DNA of 64,000 nucleotides from an uncultured bacterium (GCA_937139605.1 CAKZQG010000011.1:1-64000), one strand, 5' to 3'. Positions 41,448-51,834 are shown, counted from the first letter of the stretch. Program-made: numbers and translations. Notes: a model not told the origin generated them from the letters alone.

Positions 41448-42050
41448 TTATAATATTTTTTTTCTTTCTTTTAAAGCGTTAATTATAGTGATTTTATCGG
41501 CATAGTCTAATTCACTACCTGCAGGTAATCCTATAGCTAATTTTGTTAAAATAATATTATCATCTATTTTTTTTATTTTTTTAGCAATATAATTTATAGT
41601 TGTTTCTCCTTCTAAGTTAGTAGGTAATGCAAATATTACTTCTTTTACATTTTCCATTTCTATTCTTTTTATTAATTTTTCTATAGTTAATTTATCTGGA
41701 GTCATATTTTCTAATGGATTTATTAATCCCTTTAGTACATGATATTTTCCATGATATGAATTAGTTTCTTCTATATGTATTACATCTTTTACATTTGATA
41801 CTACACATATTTTATTTTCTCGTTCCTTGCTTATACAAAATTTACACGGGTTTTGAAATTTTATAGTTATTGAATAACAATTAGAGCATTCAATTATATT
41901 TTCTTTTAGTTTAGATATAGCATTAATTATTTCGTTTGATAAATTAGATTCATCTGTAATTAAAAAGAAAGTAATTTTTTCAGCAGTTTTTGGACCTATA
42001 GTTGGTAATTTTTGTAAAACCTCTATTAACTCTTTTACTTCTTCAAACAT
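41448..42050 (-). CDS. recR: Recombination protein RecR
   Basis: N-terminal HhH (LQKLPTIGPKTAEKITFFL), C4 zinc finger (CSNCYS...CKFC), Toprim domain, 200 aa. Confidence 0.85.
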   Translation of the reverse strand: MFEEVKELIEVLQKLPTIGPKTAEKITFFLITDESNLSNEIINAISKLKENIIECSNCYSITIKFQNPCKFCISKERENKICVVSNVKDVIHIEETNSYHGKYHVLKGLINPLENMTPDKLTIEKLIKRIEMENVKEVIFALPTNLEGETTINYIAKKIKKIDDNIILTKLAIGLPAGSELDYADKITIINALKERKKIL

Positions 42051-42060
42051 ATGTATATTA

Positions 42061-42543
42061 TTATGATACTTTCTCTAACTTCCAATAAGAATATATAAAA
42101 ATAGCTACTCCTATACTAATATAACTATCTGCAAAATTAAATACCGGAAAATTCCATATAGATATCCAATCTACTACTTTAGAATACTTTAATCTATCTA
42201 TTAAATTCCCTATTGTACCAGATAATATCAATAAAACCGAAAAATTAAATAAATAAACTATTGATTTATTTTGTAATTTATTTATTAGATTGTTTAATTT
42301 TTTGTTATATATAATCATAAAATATATTAAAAAAAGAGCTACAATAGATCCTATGAGTAAATAAGTTTCGTTATTAAATAATTTTATTCCAAAAGCACTT
42401 CCTTCATTATATACTAATATGAATTTAATATATTCATTTAATTTTAAAGTATATCCTTTTACAAATAAAGTTTTGGTATATTGATCTAAAAATACTAAAA
42501 ATAAAACAACTATTAAATAAAGAAGTACATAATATATTTTCAT
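42061..42543 (-). CDS. lspA: Lipoprotein signal peptidase II
   Basis: NEGSAFGI and VFNFADSYISIG conserved LspA motifs, 4 TM, 160 aa. Confidence 0.8.
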   Translation of the reverse strand: MKIYYVLLYLIVVLFLVFLDQYTKTLFVKGYTLKLNEYIKFILVYNEGSAFGIKLFNNETYLLIGSIVALFLIYFMIIYNKKLNNLINKLQNKSIVYLFNFSVLLILSGTIGNLIDRLKYSKVVDWISIWNFPVFNFADSYISIGVAIFIYSYWKLEKVS

Positions 42544-42554
42544 AAAATAAAGAA

Positions 42555-43460
42555 TTAATCCGAATTATCTAAGTCTTCATCGTTTTGGTTATATAATTCT
42601 TTATGATTTTTATAGTCTTGAGAATAAAAATGTATTATTAACATTCCCCATAAACTTAAAAATAAGAAAATGATATTAGATAGATCTCTTAATTTCTTTT
42701 GTTTTTCATATGTTTTAGCTAATCCCCAGGTTATTGAAGCTGTCCATAATCCATTTGAAAGATGATATGCTACCGATAATGTAAATAGTTTATATATTAT
42801 TAATCCTATGGGTCTTAGTGGTGGTTTAAACCATATATTAACTTTTTCAAAAGTAAGATCTCTTTTAGCTGGAATATTTAGAGCATCTCTTATAAACTTA
42901 GGTAGATATTCATTAAACCTTACTGTTCTTAAATGAAACAATAAAGTAAATAAAATAATATAAGCTGTTATTCTTTGAAGTATAAACCTATAATTAGTTT
43001 CATATTTTAGGTTATAATTTATTTTGCTTGTTTTTAATAAAATTAAACCAATAATTATATGGATAGTTAGGGGTAGGTATATCCCAAATATTTCTATTAG
43101 TGGTAGCAAAGGGAATTTATGCATTTTTTTAGTAAATTTATTAAGGGTTTTTGGATCTTTTGCTAAAGAATTATTAATATAATGAAATATTAAAAAACCT
43201 CCTATAAATATTGTTCCAGTTAATGAGTGGATTCTTTTAAAAACTACATATGGAATAGAATCTATGATGTTAGTTAATTTATTTAATACAATTTTGCCAT
43301 TACCAACAAAATTGTTTAAGCTACTATCTACCTTTTGAATATAATTAAAGTTATTAGTATCATCGTTTGATTTTATTTTTTCTTTTTTATATTTTTTAAG
43401 TTTTTTATATAAGATAAAACCTGTTAATGTACTTGCACCTAAAATAACTGGTATTAACAT
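42555..43460 (-). CDS. Hypothetical integral membrane protein (301 aa)
   Basis: 6-7 hydrophobic helices, acidic C-terminal tail. No motif recognised. Confidence 0.35.
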   Translation of the reverse strand: MLIPVILGASTLTGFILYKKLKKYKKEKIKSNDDTNNFNYIQKVDSSLNNFVGNGKIVLNKLTNIIDSIPYVVFKRIHSLTGTIFIGGFLIFHYINNSLAKDPKTLNKFTKKMHKFPLLPLIEIFGIYLPLTIHIIIGLILLKTSKINYNLKYETNYRFILQRITAYIILFTLLFHLRTVRFNEYLPKFIRDALNIPAKRDLTFEKVNIWFKPPLRPIGLIIYKLFTLSVAYHLSNGLWTASITWGLAKTYEKQKKLRDLSNIIFLFLSLWGMLIIHFYSQDYKNHKELYNQNDEDLDNSD

Positions 43461-43664
43461 ATATTTTTTTTCTCTCCTTCTTTTTTAAGTATCTTATATC
43501 TTTTATTTTTTTATTATACCTTTATTTTTATTATCCTTTAGAAAAAAAAATAAAAAAAATAAAAGAGTTCCTATAATAGTTTATTAATAACTACTTATCA
43601 ATAAGAATTAAAAGCTTTTAACTCTAAAAAAACTCTCATTTATATTTAAAATTATTTTCTTTAT

Positions 43665-43871
43665 TTATTTGTTTTTTTTTATCATGTCGGATTTCTGTCT
43701 GATTAATGGCGGATTAGTTATCCTACCCTTTTCCTTGACAAAAATTACTGCTTTAATTTGCCTTTCATTTATCCCTATTAATAATTTTCCTCCATTAGTA
43801 TTAGCTGCTATAACCTTAAGATATTCATCTTTCCATTTTTCTTTAAACTCAATGTTTTGATTTTCTTTCAT
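43665..43871 (-). pseudogene. Remnant of an AlbA_2 / Schlafen-like putative DNA-binding-domain gene (N-terminal ~65 aa only)
   Basis: ENQNIEFKEKWKDEYLKVIAANTNGGKLLIGINE matches the start of the AlbA_2 domain (E..n.EFK..w......k.i.AFaNt.GG.l.iGv.d). Full-length proteins are 400+ aa; here the ORF ends after 68 aa. Confidence 0.4.
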
Positions 43872-43972
43872 AGAATTTTTAAACCATAACCTTTTTAAAT
43901 TTTAATGTTATTTTAATTATTTTAAATTAAAATTGTTATAAGGGAATTAAATTGCTTAATAATTTATTTTAT

Positions 43973-46900
43973 TCACTCTTTAAGCCCATATAATTCTAAT
44001 ACTAATTCATCTAATTCTTTTTGGATATCATCTAATTTTTTCTGTGCTTCTTGATTAGTTAATACCCCGTTAAATTTCTGCTTTTGGATAGCTATAGCTC
44101 TATCACATAAGCTCTCAAATACCCTTAACTGCTCTAATGTTGGAATAATAATCGGTAACTGACGAGCATCATTAATCTGGAAATGAACAGTTGTATTTAC
44201 AAAAGCATTCAAATAAGTAGAGATAAAACCAGAATTTAATATACTCACAATAAATTTAGCACTTACCATACTTGTATTAGGAAATAGAGACATACTAAGC
44301 ACATCATGTATACTTTTTTCCTTTATTCTACAGCGCACATCATAGCTAACATCTGTCCAGCAAAATCCTTCACGAAAGTAAAATTGCGGATTACGAACAA
44401 CAGGCATTCCTTCCCCCTTTTTACCCGAATTTTCTTTCAAAAATTTCACATTTTCTCTGCTCCAGTCAATATAGTAAGGAGTAGGAGCATACCATCTATT
44501 TCCATCCTTGTCTCCTTTATCATATGGCACAAAGGTTTTATCCCCTCTAATTCCGTTAAGTTTTTCATCATCAGTAAGATAATCTACATCAACTATTTCT
44601 TCATAACTTACAATGCGATATATCCATCCTTGCCCAAAAACATCTCGCCCATATTTTTCTTTAAGCTCATCAAAAAGCTGGCGTATCTCTTTTTCTTTTA
44701 AATTATTTAAATACGCCTGTGCATCAGCTTTGCTTTTTATATTTTCCTTTTTACAAAATTGTTCTACAAGCAAAAGCTTTTCAGGCCGTTCATTACGCAC
44801 CTTATCCGCCCACTTAGTTCCCTCTAAAACTCCTATATACTTACCATTATTAGCTGTTGCTAAACCCTGCCCTCCCTCTGTAATCAAACCAAGCAATGTA
44901 ATATCACCAGGTTTTAAAGATTTACGATAAATTTCAAGCTCTTTTTTATATTTTTCAATATTTTTACTTGTAGAAATTTTATCCCACCATTTGATAAGTA
45001 ATTCATTTACTTTTTTAGCAAGCTTTTGGTAAATTTTTTTATTAAAATCAGTAGGTATAAAAATAACTTTATTAGGAACATTGGTATAATCATTTTGCTG
45101 TATAGTGTATTTTTCTGGTTGTGTGATGTTATTTTTACCATCTAAAAAGGTTATCTGATGCCCAGGTTCTGGTTGTGATTTTTTTACAATAATTACACTG
45201 GTATCTACCATAGCGCTCTCAAAAGGATTAGCTGTATCAAAAATTTGAAGTATTGTGTTTTCTAATAAAAGATCCCGAAGATTCTTTTTAGTTTGAATAG
45301 TCCAATAAGTTTTAGAAGTAATATAAGTAAGTATCCCATTATTTTTTAATATCTGAAATCCTTTAAAAAAGAAATGATTATAAAGATCATCAGCAAAACC
45401 ATAGTATTTTTTTAATGATATTTTTAATTCTTCATTAACCCCTTTTGTAGAAACATATGGCGGATTAGAAATTACGATATCAAACCCACCCTTCTCTCTA
45501 AATACCTTTGGAAAAAATAATTTAAAATCAAAATTAATCTTATATCCAAAATTTTCCTGTGATTTTTCCAAGCGCCATTTTATTTTCTCATCTATTTTTT
45601 GCTTTAATTCCAATTTTTTTAAAGGATTAGTTTCAGAAAAATATTTATCCATTAATTCTTGAATCTCTTTTCCAATAGGAGAGTTCCAATTTTCAGGAAA
45701 TCCTAAAAGAGAATCACCACAAACAACCTTATAATCCAGATTCGGAAGGGGTTTTATATTATGAAAATCATCTTCATCAACAATCATAGAAAGCCAAAAC
45801 CTTAACTTACATATTTCAACAGCACCCGCATCTATATCAACCCCATAAAGAGAATTCTCTATACAATGTCGCTTCAAATCATAAGAATTAATCTCCTTAT
45901 TAAGATAAATAGCAAGAAGCTGCCTTAATTTTACAATCTGATGCATCATTCCAATAGGAAAAGCCCCTGACCCAACAGCAGGATCACAAATAGCTATATC
46001 TGAAAGAATCTTATCAATTTCTTTAGCATTTTCAATAATACTTTGTGAAATCTTATATTCATACTTTGTTTGCTTTTGTTCTCCAATGCTAATTTTTTCG
46101 TTCTTTTTAATAGCAATCCTTTCATTCTCTAAAATAAAATCCACATGTCTTACAAATTCCTCAATCTCTTTTTTATTTACTTTATCTTTAATTTCTGTTT
46201 CAAGGTAATTTATTAAACTTTCCTGGCACATATAATGTACAATTTCTGGGGGAGTATAATAAACCCCATATTCTTTATTAAACTTAGCTTCTTCTCCCTT
46301 TTTGCCAGAATTTAAGACCTTTACATATTGATCAAAATTATCTTGCCTTATTGCATTTAATTTTTCATAGATTTTTCCAAGTAATTCCGGATCAAGTGCT
46401 ACCTCTTTTTCAAGCGGTTCCTCTTCATTCACAGTAAAATTATACCTATCAAAAACATCAAGGATACCATCTCCAACATCCCCTTCCTTAGTTTTATTCC
46501 TATTAGAAAAAAGTTCATTAGGTAAAAGCACATCAACATTTACCCAATCAAAACCATTAGGCGGATCAAAAAGCCCACCATTTAAAAACGGAATCTTACA
46601 ATTAAATCTATTATAATAATGCTCATTATCACTTCTATCTATTCTTAATGCCTCATAAAATAAAGGCTCAAGGATATCATTATAAAAATTCTTATAATCT
46701 ACAAACTCTTTGTTAAATAATTTCCTAATAAAGTCTTTTGGACCTGTTGTCCAAGGTTTCCCTTTTTCAACTCCAAACCAACCCTTCTTCTGAAGGAAAT
46801 ATAAAAATGTAATCTGTCCCAGCAACTTCTTAGCAAAATCAACAGTACTAATATTTTTTATTTTAAACTCTTTACTCACCTTTAAATCCCTTTGAACAAG

Positions 46901-47563
46901 TTTATCAAGTTCAAGTTTAGTTTTTATAAATAAATCTCTATATTTTTCAAAGAATTCTTTTGTAACTACCTCAACATCAAAAGCTTTTTCTAAATCACTT
47001 AATGTAGGCTTAAAATAATCATTTTCAAGCAAAGGTAAGAATCTACTTTGTGCAGTATGACTTTTCTCATTTTTTCCAACAAGGAATGACCATCTTTTTG
47101 CAGGCGTTAATTCCTTTTCGACTTTAATTTTTCCTAAAGGATTTTCTTGAAAAGTATAATCCAATTTAACAAGAGAAAACCGCCAATCTTCATCATTAGG
47201 TGCTACAAAAGCTACAAGCGCGGCATCTTTAATAGTATTTGTTCCAAGTTTTCCACTTAAATATTCAGCAACAAAGTTTCTTTGAGCAGACCGAGCATGA
47301 TATAAAGAAAACTCCCTCCTTAGCTTTACAACCAAAATATCTATCTTCTTACCACCTTCATCTACATATCTTCCAATTCTTTCCCAAGAGCCAATAAACT
47401 CAAGGTATTTTTCAGTTATCCCTTGGATCCCAATCCTTGGCTCAAGTGCTTTAGTTATGTCATATTTTTTTAATAAATTAGCTATAAATTTAACAAAATT
47501 ATCTTTATTAAAAGGTTCTTCAAAAGTTAGCTTTATCAACCCTATTGCTTGCCCTCTGTTCAT
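43973..47563 (-). CDS. Large gamma-class N6-adenine DNA methyltransferase with N-terminal domain and C-terminal specificity (TRD-like) domain (PglX / type IIG-IIL-like)
   Basis: 1196 aa. Motif I CDPAVGSGAFPIG precedes motif IV ISNPPYVS (gamma-class order). ~500 aa N-terminal and ~450 aa C-terminal domains. Locally higher GC than flanks. Confidence 0.8.
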   Translation of the reverse strand: MNRGQAIGLIKLTFEEPFNKDNFVKFIANLLKKYDITKALEPRIGIQGITEKYLEFIGSWERIGRYVDEGGKKIDILVVKLRREFSLYHARSAQRNFVAEYLSGKLGTNTIKDAALVAFVAPNDEDWRFSLVKLDYTFQENPLGKIKVEKELTPAKRWSFLVGKNEKSHTAQSRFLPLLENDYFKPTLSDLEKAFDVEVVTKEFFEKYRDLFIKTKLELDKLVQRDLKVSKEFKIKNISTVDFAKKLLGQITFLYFLQKKGWFGVEKGKPWTTGPKDFIRKLFNKEFVDYKNFYNDILEPLFYEALRIDRSDNEHYYNRFNCKIPFLNGGLFDPPNGFDWVNVDVLLPNELFSNRNKTKEGDVGDGILDVFDRYNFTVNEEEPLEKEVALDPELLGKIYEKLNAIRQDNFDQYVKVLNSGKKGEEAKFNKEYGVYYTPPEIVHYMCQESLINYLETEIKDKVNKKEIEEFVRHVDFILENERIAIKKNEKISIGEQKQTKYEYKISQSIIENAKEIDKILSDIAICDPAVGSGAFPIGMMHQIVKLRQLLAIYLNKEINSYDLKRHCIENSLYGVDIDAGAVEICKLRFWLSMIVDEDDFHNIKPLPNLDYKVVCGDSLLGFPENWNSPIGKEIQELMDKYFSETNPLKKLELKQKIDEKIKWRLEKSQENFGYKINFDFKLFFPKVFREKGGFDIVISNPPYVSTKGVNEELKISLKKYYGFADDLYNHFFFKGFQILKNNGILTYITSKTYWTIQTKKNLRDLLLENTILQIFDTANPFESAMVDTSVIIVKKSQPEPGHQITFLDGKNNITQPEKYTIQQNDYTNVPNKVIFIPTDFNKKIYQKLAKKVNELLIKWWDKISTSKNIEKYKKELEIYRKSLKPGDITLLGLITEGGQGLATANNGKYIGVLEGTKWADKVRNERPEKLLLVEQFCKKENIKSKADAQAYLNNLKEKEIRQLFDELKEKYGRDVFGQGWIYRIVSYEEIVDVDYLTDDEKLNGIRGDKTFVPYDKGDKDGNRWYAPTPYYIDWSRENVKFLKENSGKKGEGMPVVRNPQFYFREGFCWTDVSYDVRCRIKEKSIHDVLSMSLFPNTSMVSAKFIVSILNSGFISTYLNAFVNTTVHFQINDARQLPIIIPTLEQLRVFESLCDRAIAIQKQKFNGVLTNQEAQKKLDDIQKELDELVLELYGLKE

Positions 47564-47594
47564 TTTAACTCACTTCCTTAAATATATTATTTTC

Positions 47595-48185
47595 TTAATA
47601 TTTATCACACTCTAAATAAAGAGATAAAATAACTTCTCTTTTCTCTGATGCCATATTTGATATTATATCTGAATTTATTATATCTGAGTTTATAGGAGAA
47701 TTTTCTGAATAATAGTTTTTCAAAAAAGCAGGAGAGATTTCCCTTTGTAAAACTTTAATAACACTTAATGGTTTTAGAATATCTTTTCCTAAGTTATTTA
47801 ATGATTTGAGAACATTTTTAACTGTTTTTTTGGGTAAAGCCATTTCTTCTAAACGGTTTATTACTTTTTCAAGATATTTTTGTTGATCTTCATTTAGCTG
47901 GTTAGCTCCTTTTTGTATTACTTTTAAAATTCTTAAAAGCTCATTATAACTACTTTTTCCTCCTTGTTTTCCAGATTCAACTATTTCATAAGTAGTTGAA
48001 TTATAAAAAGCAGTTTTATTTTTATCAAGTAATTCATAATAACTCTCAATATTTATGGTTGCTTTGGTTTCATTAGGTAAAGATTCAAAAATCTTTACAG
48101 CAGTTAAAAAATCAAGTTCAATTGTTTTTTCTTTATTTGATAAAAAGAATTTTAATAGTTTTCCTTTTCTAAAAAATGTTAGCAA
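47595..48185 (-). CDS. Hypothetical protein (196 aa) between helicase-nuclease and methyltransferase genes
   Basis: 31-nt gap to the MTase start and same strand as both neighbours, probably co-transcribed. No domain recognised. Confidence 0.4.
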   Translation of the reverse strand: MLTFFRKGKLLKFFLSNKEKTIELDFLTAVKIFESLPNETKATINIESYYELLDKNKTAFYNSTTYEIVESGKQGGKSSYNELLRILKVIQKGANQLNEDQQKYLEKVINRLEEMALPKKTVKNVLKSLNNLGKDILKPLSVIKVLQREISPAFLKNYYSENSPINSDIINSDIISNMASEKREVILSLYLECDKY

Positions 48186-48284
48186 TGAATTACAAGGATT
48201 AAAAGAATTAAAATGTTGTTTAAATAATTGATTTATAAGTGATGTTGTAGGGAGTATTTTAGCGGAGCGAGCTTTCTTTGGAAT

Positions 48285-50903
48285 CTACTTTATTTTTTCA
48301 AATAGTTCTGGATTGTTATTACGAATATCCTGGATAATTTTAAAATATTTTAACTCACTTTCTTCTTGCTCTTGTTCTTCTTGGGTAAGAATTTTTTTTG
48401 AAAGAAGTTTATCAAAAAGTTCATAAGAATGAACCGGTTCGCCTTCCATTAAAATAGCAGAATCACCACCAAGCAACGTTAAAAACGCTTCTATTTTAGA
48501 ACGTGCGATATTTGTAAGATCAATTTCATTATCAGCTTGCTTAGCAGGAAAAAAATTGAATATATAAATTTTATCAAATTTAGTATCTATACGATTAACC
48601 CTTCCTATTCTTTGCATCAATTTTGTAGGATTCCAAGGGATATCATAATTTATCACAATATTTGATCTATGAAGATTAACACCTTCTGAAAGGACTTCTG
48701 TTGAAACCAGTATTTTATAATTATCTTTTTTATTTTTGGCTCTTGCATCAAAGTTTTCTATTACTTTATCACGAGCATTCTCTAAGGAACCCCCATGAAA
48801 AAGTAAAGCTATTTCTCCAAAGTCTTTATTTATATTTTTTACTAAATACTCTGCGGTTTCTTTTGATTCTGTAAAAATAATTATTTTTTCACTATTTTTC
48901 AAAACTGAGTGTTCTTTTAAATTTGTCAAAAGAGTTTCAAGTTTTGGATCCCTGTTAATTTCATCCCACATTGATTTTATTTTTTTCAAAATCTCCAGAT
49001 CATTGTTTAAATCTTTTTCAAAATCTTTTCTAAAGTCATTACTTTGATATTTTTCAGCTTTCCCTTGTTCTATTAATTTTTGGATTTCTTCATCATCCCC
49101 TTGCTCTAATAATTCAAAAATTTTATTTATATGCTTCCTACTAACATAAACATTTCCCCGTTGGTATTCTTTAATAAACATTTCATAGGATTTAATAAAT
49201 CTATCGATACTATTTTTAAAAGCATAAAAGCTACTTTCAAGGCGCTTTACAAGTAAAATTTTCATAAATTTTCCCATATTTATCTGTGATTGCTTTTCAA
49301 GAGCTGTTATCTCTTTAGTAAGATATAATAACGGAGTATAACGAGAATATTTAAAATCCTTAGTTATCATTTCAATAGTTTCCATAAAAATCTGGTCTTC
49401 TTTATCATTAAGTTGGTAGTAAAATGGTTTTGGATCTTGAATATCCGGAAACTTTATATTATTTTTTTGTAAGTCCTGGGAAAAATAATTTTGAATTTCA
49501 GTTCTTGTGCGCCTAACCATAATATATTTTAAAATCTTATCCCTGATTTCTTTTGCAATCCTTTTATTCATTTCGATGTATTTATCGTAATCTTTATGTC
49601 TATCTATTTTTTTTAATTTTTCGTCAAGGCTAACAATAAATCTTTCAATATCTGGAATACCTGGTATAGTACTTTTTTTAGGGTTCTGGAATAGCTTAAC
49701 CTGAGCGAGTATATCTCTTGGTGAATTATTATAAGGAGTAGCGGAAACCAATATAACTTTTTTCCCACGACAAATTTCAGAGATATCTTCATAACTAATG
49801 GTTTCTTCATTTCTAAAACGATGAGATTCATCGATAATTATATTCGCATACTCTCTATTTTGAACTTCTTCTTTAGCTTTATCAAGCTCACCAATAGATA
49901 TAAATTTAGCAGGGATATTAAAATCATAAAACACATTAATCCAAGAGCCTGGATTATTTCTATTAAGAAGAGCAGGGGGAGCAATAACAAGTGTCCTACC
50001 TTCAAGCTGCTTAACAAGCATAGCTGTAATATAAGTCTTTCCAAGGCCAACTACATCAGAAATAAAAACCCCACCATGCTCCTGTAATATTTTCTTTGCA
50101 TTTAAAACCGCTTGCTCCTGATATTCCAATACTTTAAAATTTTCCGGCAAGTATTCAAAAAAAACTTTATCATCTAATGATAACTCATCCTTAAAATATT
50201 CATATAAAAATTTTAGATAAATTTCATAAGGAGTAATGTTTTGATTAAGATATGTTCTTTCATTTAAAGTTTGGACATATTTTTCACTAACATCAACCGA
50301 ATTTTCCCATAATTGTTCAAATTTTTCTTTAGCAAATTCATAATCATTTCTATTTTTTAGCTCAACATTAAATTCTAAGTTATCTTCAAGCCCAGATTGA
50401 GTGAAATTACTTGATCCAGTAATAACTCTTCCTATATCTCTATCACCTTCTTTAAAGGTTATAATATATAGTTTTGCGTGAATCTTTTGATATGGATAAA
50501 CTCTTATCTGAAGTTTTCCTTGTTTTATCCATTCTATAAACTTTCTTACTCCTTCTTCAACATCTAATTTATCTTCAGAATCCGACATCTCCTCTTCTAT
50601 TTCTTTTTCAATAATTTCCTTTGCTTGATAATGAGAAAACATTAATTTATATACTTCTCTATTTATACCAATCCCAACAAGGATTCTTATTCTTTCGGCT
50701 GTTTCAAGAGAATTATACAACTTATAAAATCCACTTATGTAAAAATAAGCGACTAAACAATCAAAAAATCTACAATCCTTTATTAGTTGTTTAAATCTAT
50801 CTTTAAGTGTTTTATTTTGCTCATTTATTATAAATGTTAAATCCAAGTGATTCTTAAGGATTTCTTTATTTATATTTTTATCTTCTTTTTTAAAAAAACT
50901 CAT
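48285..50903 (-). CDS. PLD-family nuclease domain fused to SNF2-family (SF2) helicase
   Basis: N-terminal HKD motif IHAKLYIITFKEGDRDIGRVITGSSNFTQSG (H-x-K-x4-D-x6-GSxN). Helicase motif I DVVGLGKT, motif II IIDESHRFRN, motif VI QRIGRVNRI. 872 aa. Confidence 0.8.
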   Translation of the reverse strand: MSFFKKEDKNINKEILKNHLDLTFIINEQNKTLKDRFKQLIKDCRFFDCLVAYFYISGFYKLYNSLETAERIRILVGIGINREVYKLMFSHYQAKEIIEKEIEEEMSDSEDKLDVEEGVRKFIEWIKQGKLQIRVYPYQKIHAKLYIITFKEGDRDIGRVITGSSNFTQSGLEDNLEFNVELKNRNDYEFAKEKFEQLWENSVDVSEKYVQTLNERTYLNQNITPYEIYLKFLYEYFKDELSLDDKVFFEYLPENFKVLEYQEQAVLNAKKILQEHGGVFISDVVGLGKTYITAMLVKQLEGRTLVIAPPALLNRNNPGSWINVFYDFNIPAKFISIGELDKAKEEVQNREYANIIIDESHRFRNEETISYEDISEICRGKKVILVSATPYNNSPRDILAQVKLFQNPKKSTIPGIPDIERFIVSLDEKLKKIDRHKDYDKYIEMNKRIAKEIRDKILKYIMVRRTRTEIQNYFSQDLQKNNIKFPDIQDPKPFYYQLNDKEDQIFMETIEMITKDFKYSRYTPLLYLTKEITALEKQSQINMGKFMKILLVKRLESSFYAFKNSIDRFIKSYEMFIKEYQRGNVYVSRKHINKIFELLEQGDDEEIQKLIEQGKAEKYQSNDFRKDFEKDLNNDLEILKKIKSMWDEINRDPKLETLLTNLKEHSVLKNSEKIIIFTESKETAEYLVKNINKDFGEIALLFHGGSLENARDKVIENFDARAKNKKDNYKILVSTEVLSEGVNLHRSNIVINYDIPWNPTKLMQRIGRVNRIDTKFDKIYIFNFFPAKQADNEIDLTNIARSKIEAFLTLLGGDSAILMEGEPVHSYELFDKLLSKKILTQEEQEQEESELKYFKIIQDIRNNNPELFEKIK

Positions 50904-50992
50904 CTTCTTTAATTTTATAATTAAATTACTATTTTAATTTTTCATTTTCTTTTTATTTTCCCCTTTTTAAATTTAATAAAAAGTTCCATATA

Positions 50993-51045
50993 TTTAACAT
51001 TTTTTTAAAAATAATTTAACATCTTGTTAATATTTTTAATTTAAG
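50993..51045 (+). repeat. 53-bp direct repeat, copy 1 (promoter-like; identical to copy 2 at 51782)
   Basis: TTTAACATttttttaaaaataaTTTAACATcttgttaatatttttaatttaag. Contains candidate -35 TTGTTA and a -10-like TATATA/TATAAA just downstream. Lies 30 nt before the DUF2283 gene. Confidence 0.8.
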
Positions 51046-51074
51046 GGTATATAAAGAAGCGTAGTAAATAATTT

Positions 51075-51368
51075 ATGGGAAACAAAGTTAATGCCAAAAA
51101 AAATAATAAAGAAAATAAAAGCAAAGATAACAAGATAAATTATTTACATTACTTATTAAGAAATACGAGAGTATGGATTGATCCAGAAACTGACATTTTT
51201 TATTTATCATTAAAAAAAGGCCCATCATTTGATTCGCAAGAAATAAATAATAACATTATAATAGAGTTTGACAATGAAAATAAAATAATAGGATTAGAAA
51301 TTAGGAACCTATCTAAAATAGATTTTAATAAAATTATTGAATACACAAAAAAAGTACTTACAGATTAA
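51075..51368 (+). CDS. DUF2283-family small protein (putative antitoxin-like partner)
   Basis: WIDPETDIFYLSLKKGPSFDSQEINNNIIIEFDNENKIIGLEI matches the DUF2283 pattern (YD.E.D.LYi.l......e....i.D.d..G.ivGIEI). Confidence 0.55.
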   Translation: MGNKVNAKKNNKENKSKDNKINYLHYLLRNTRVWIDPETDIFYLSLKKGPSFDSQEINNNIIIEFDNENKIIGLEIRNLSKIDFNKIIEYTKKVLTD

Positions 51369-51406
51369 TATAAACTGCTAAAAACCAAAGCACATAAACC
51401 TAATAA

Positions 51407-51772
51407 ATGAAGGTAGAGAATATTGTTTTATTTTTTACAAGGAATTCATACCTTTTTATTTTTTCAAAGAAATATTTATATTTAAAAGAAATTATATTCA
51501 CAAGACACTGTGAATTACGAATAAAAGAAAGACAATTAGACAAAAATAAAATCATAAAAATATTCTATAAATTTAATTTTTCACTATATGATATAGATAA
51601 CAAAAACTTTATTATAATTTCCAACAAAACAATTGATAATTACCACTTTATAATAATTTTCAATATTAAAAACAATACAGCAAAAATTATAACTATTTAT
51701 CCATGTAAAGATATAAAAAATGAGTTAAAAAAAAAGCTGGGAAAAAGATGGTTTTACTATTTTAATTTTTAA
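51407..51772 (+). CDS. DUF4258-family small protein (putative toxin-like partner)
   Basis: IIFTRHCELRIKERQLDKNKIIKIF ... KIITIYPC matches DUF4258 (fs.HA.eRm.eRgi....v..vl ... viTvy). 38-nt gap after the DUF2283 gene. Confidence 0.55.
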   Translation: MKVENIVLFFTRNSYLFIFSKKYLYLKEIIFTRHCELRIKERQLDKNKIIKIFYKFNFSLYDIDNKNFIIISNKTIDNYHFIIIFNIKNNTAKIITIYPCKDIKNELKKKLGKRWFYYFNF

Positions 51773-51781
51773 ATCCATAAG

Positions 51782-51834
51782 TTTAACATTTTTTTAAAAA
51801 TAATTTAACATCTTGTTAATATTTTTAATTTAAG
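51782..51834 (+). repeat. 53-bp direct repeat, copy 2 (putative native flgF promoter region)
   Basis: Identical 53-mer to 50993-51045, directly upstream of the flgF RBS AAAAGGGGGTG. Confidence 0.8.

Noticed and set aside
43973-50903. Calling the MTase/helicase locus a BREX or DISARM system
   Set aside because: PglX-like MTase and SNF2/PLD domains are present, but the obligatory partners (pglZ, brxC, brxL, or drmA/drmB DUF1998) are absent from the locus. Reported instead as an unclassified R-M-like module.
50993-51045. Sigma-28 (FliA) promoter in the 53-bp repeat upstream of flgF
   Set aside because: The TAAA-N15-GCCGATAA consensus is not present. The repeat fits a sigma-70-like TTGTTA-N17-TATATA better, so no FliA call was made.
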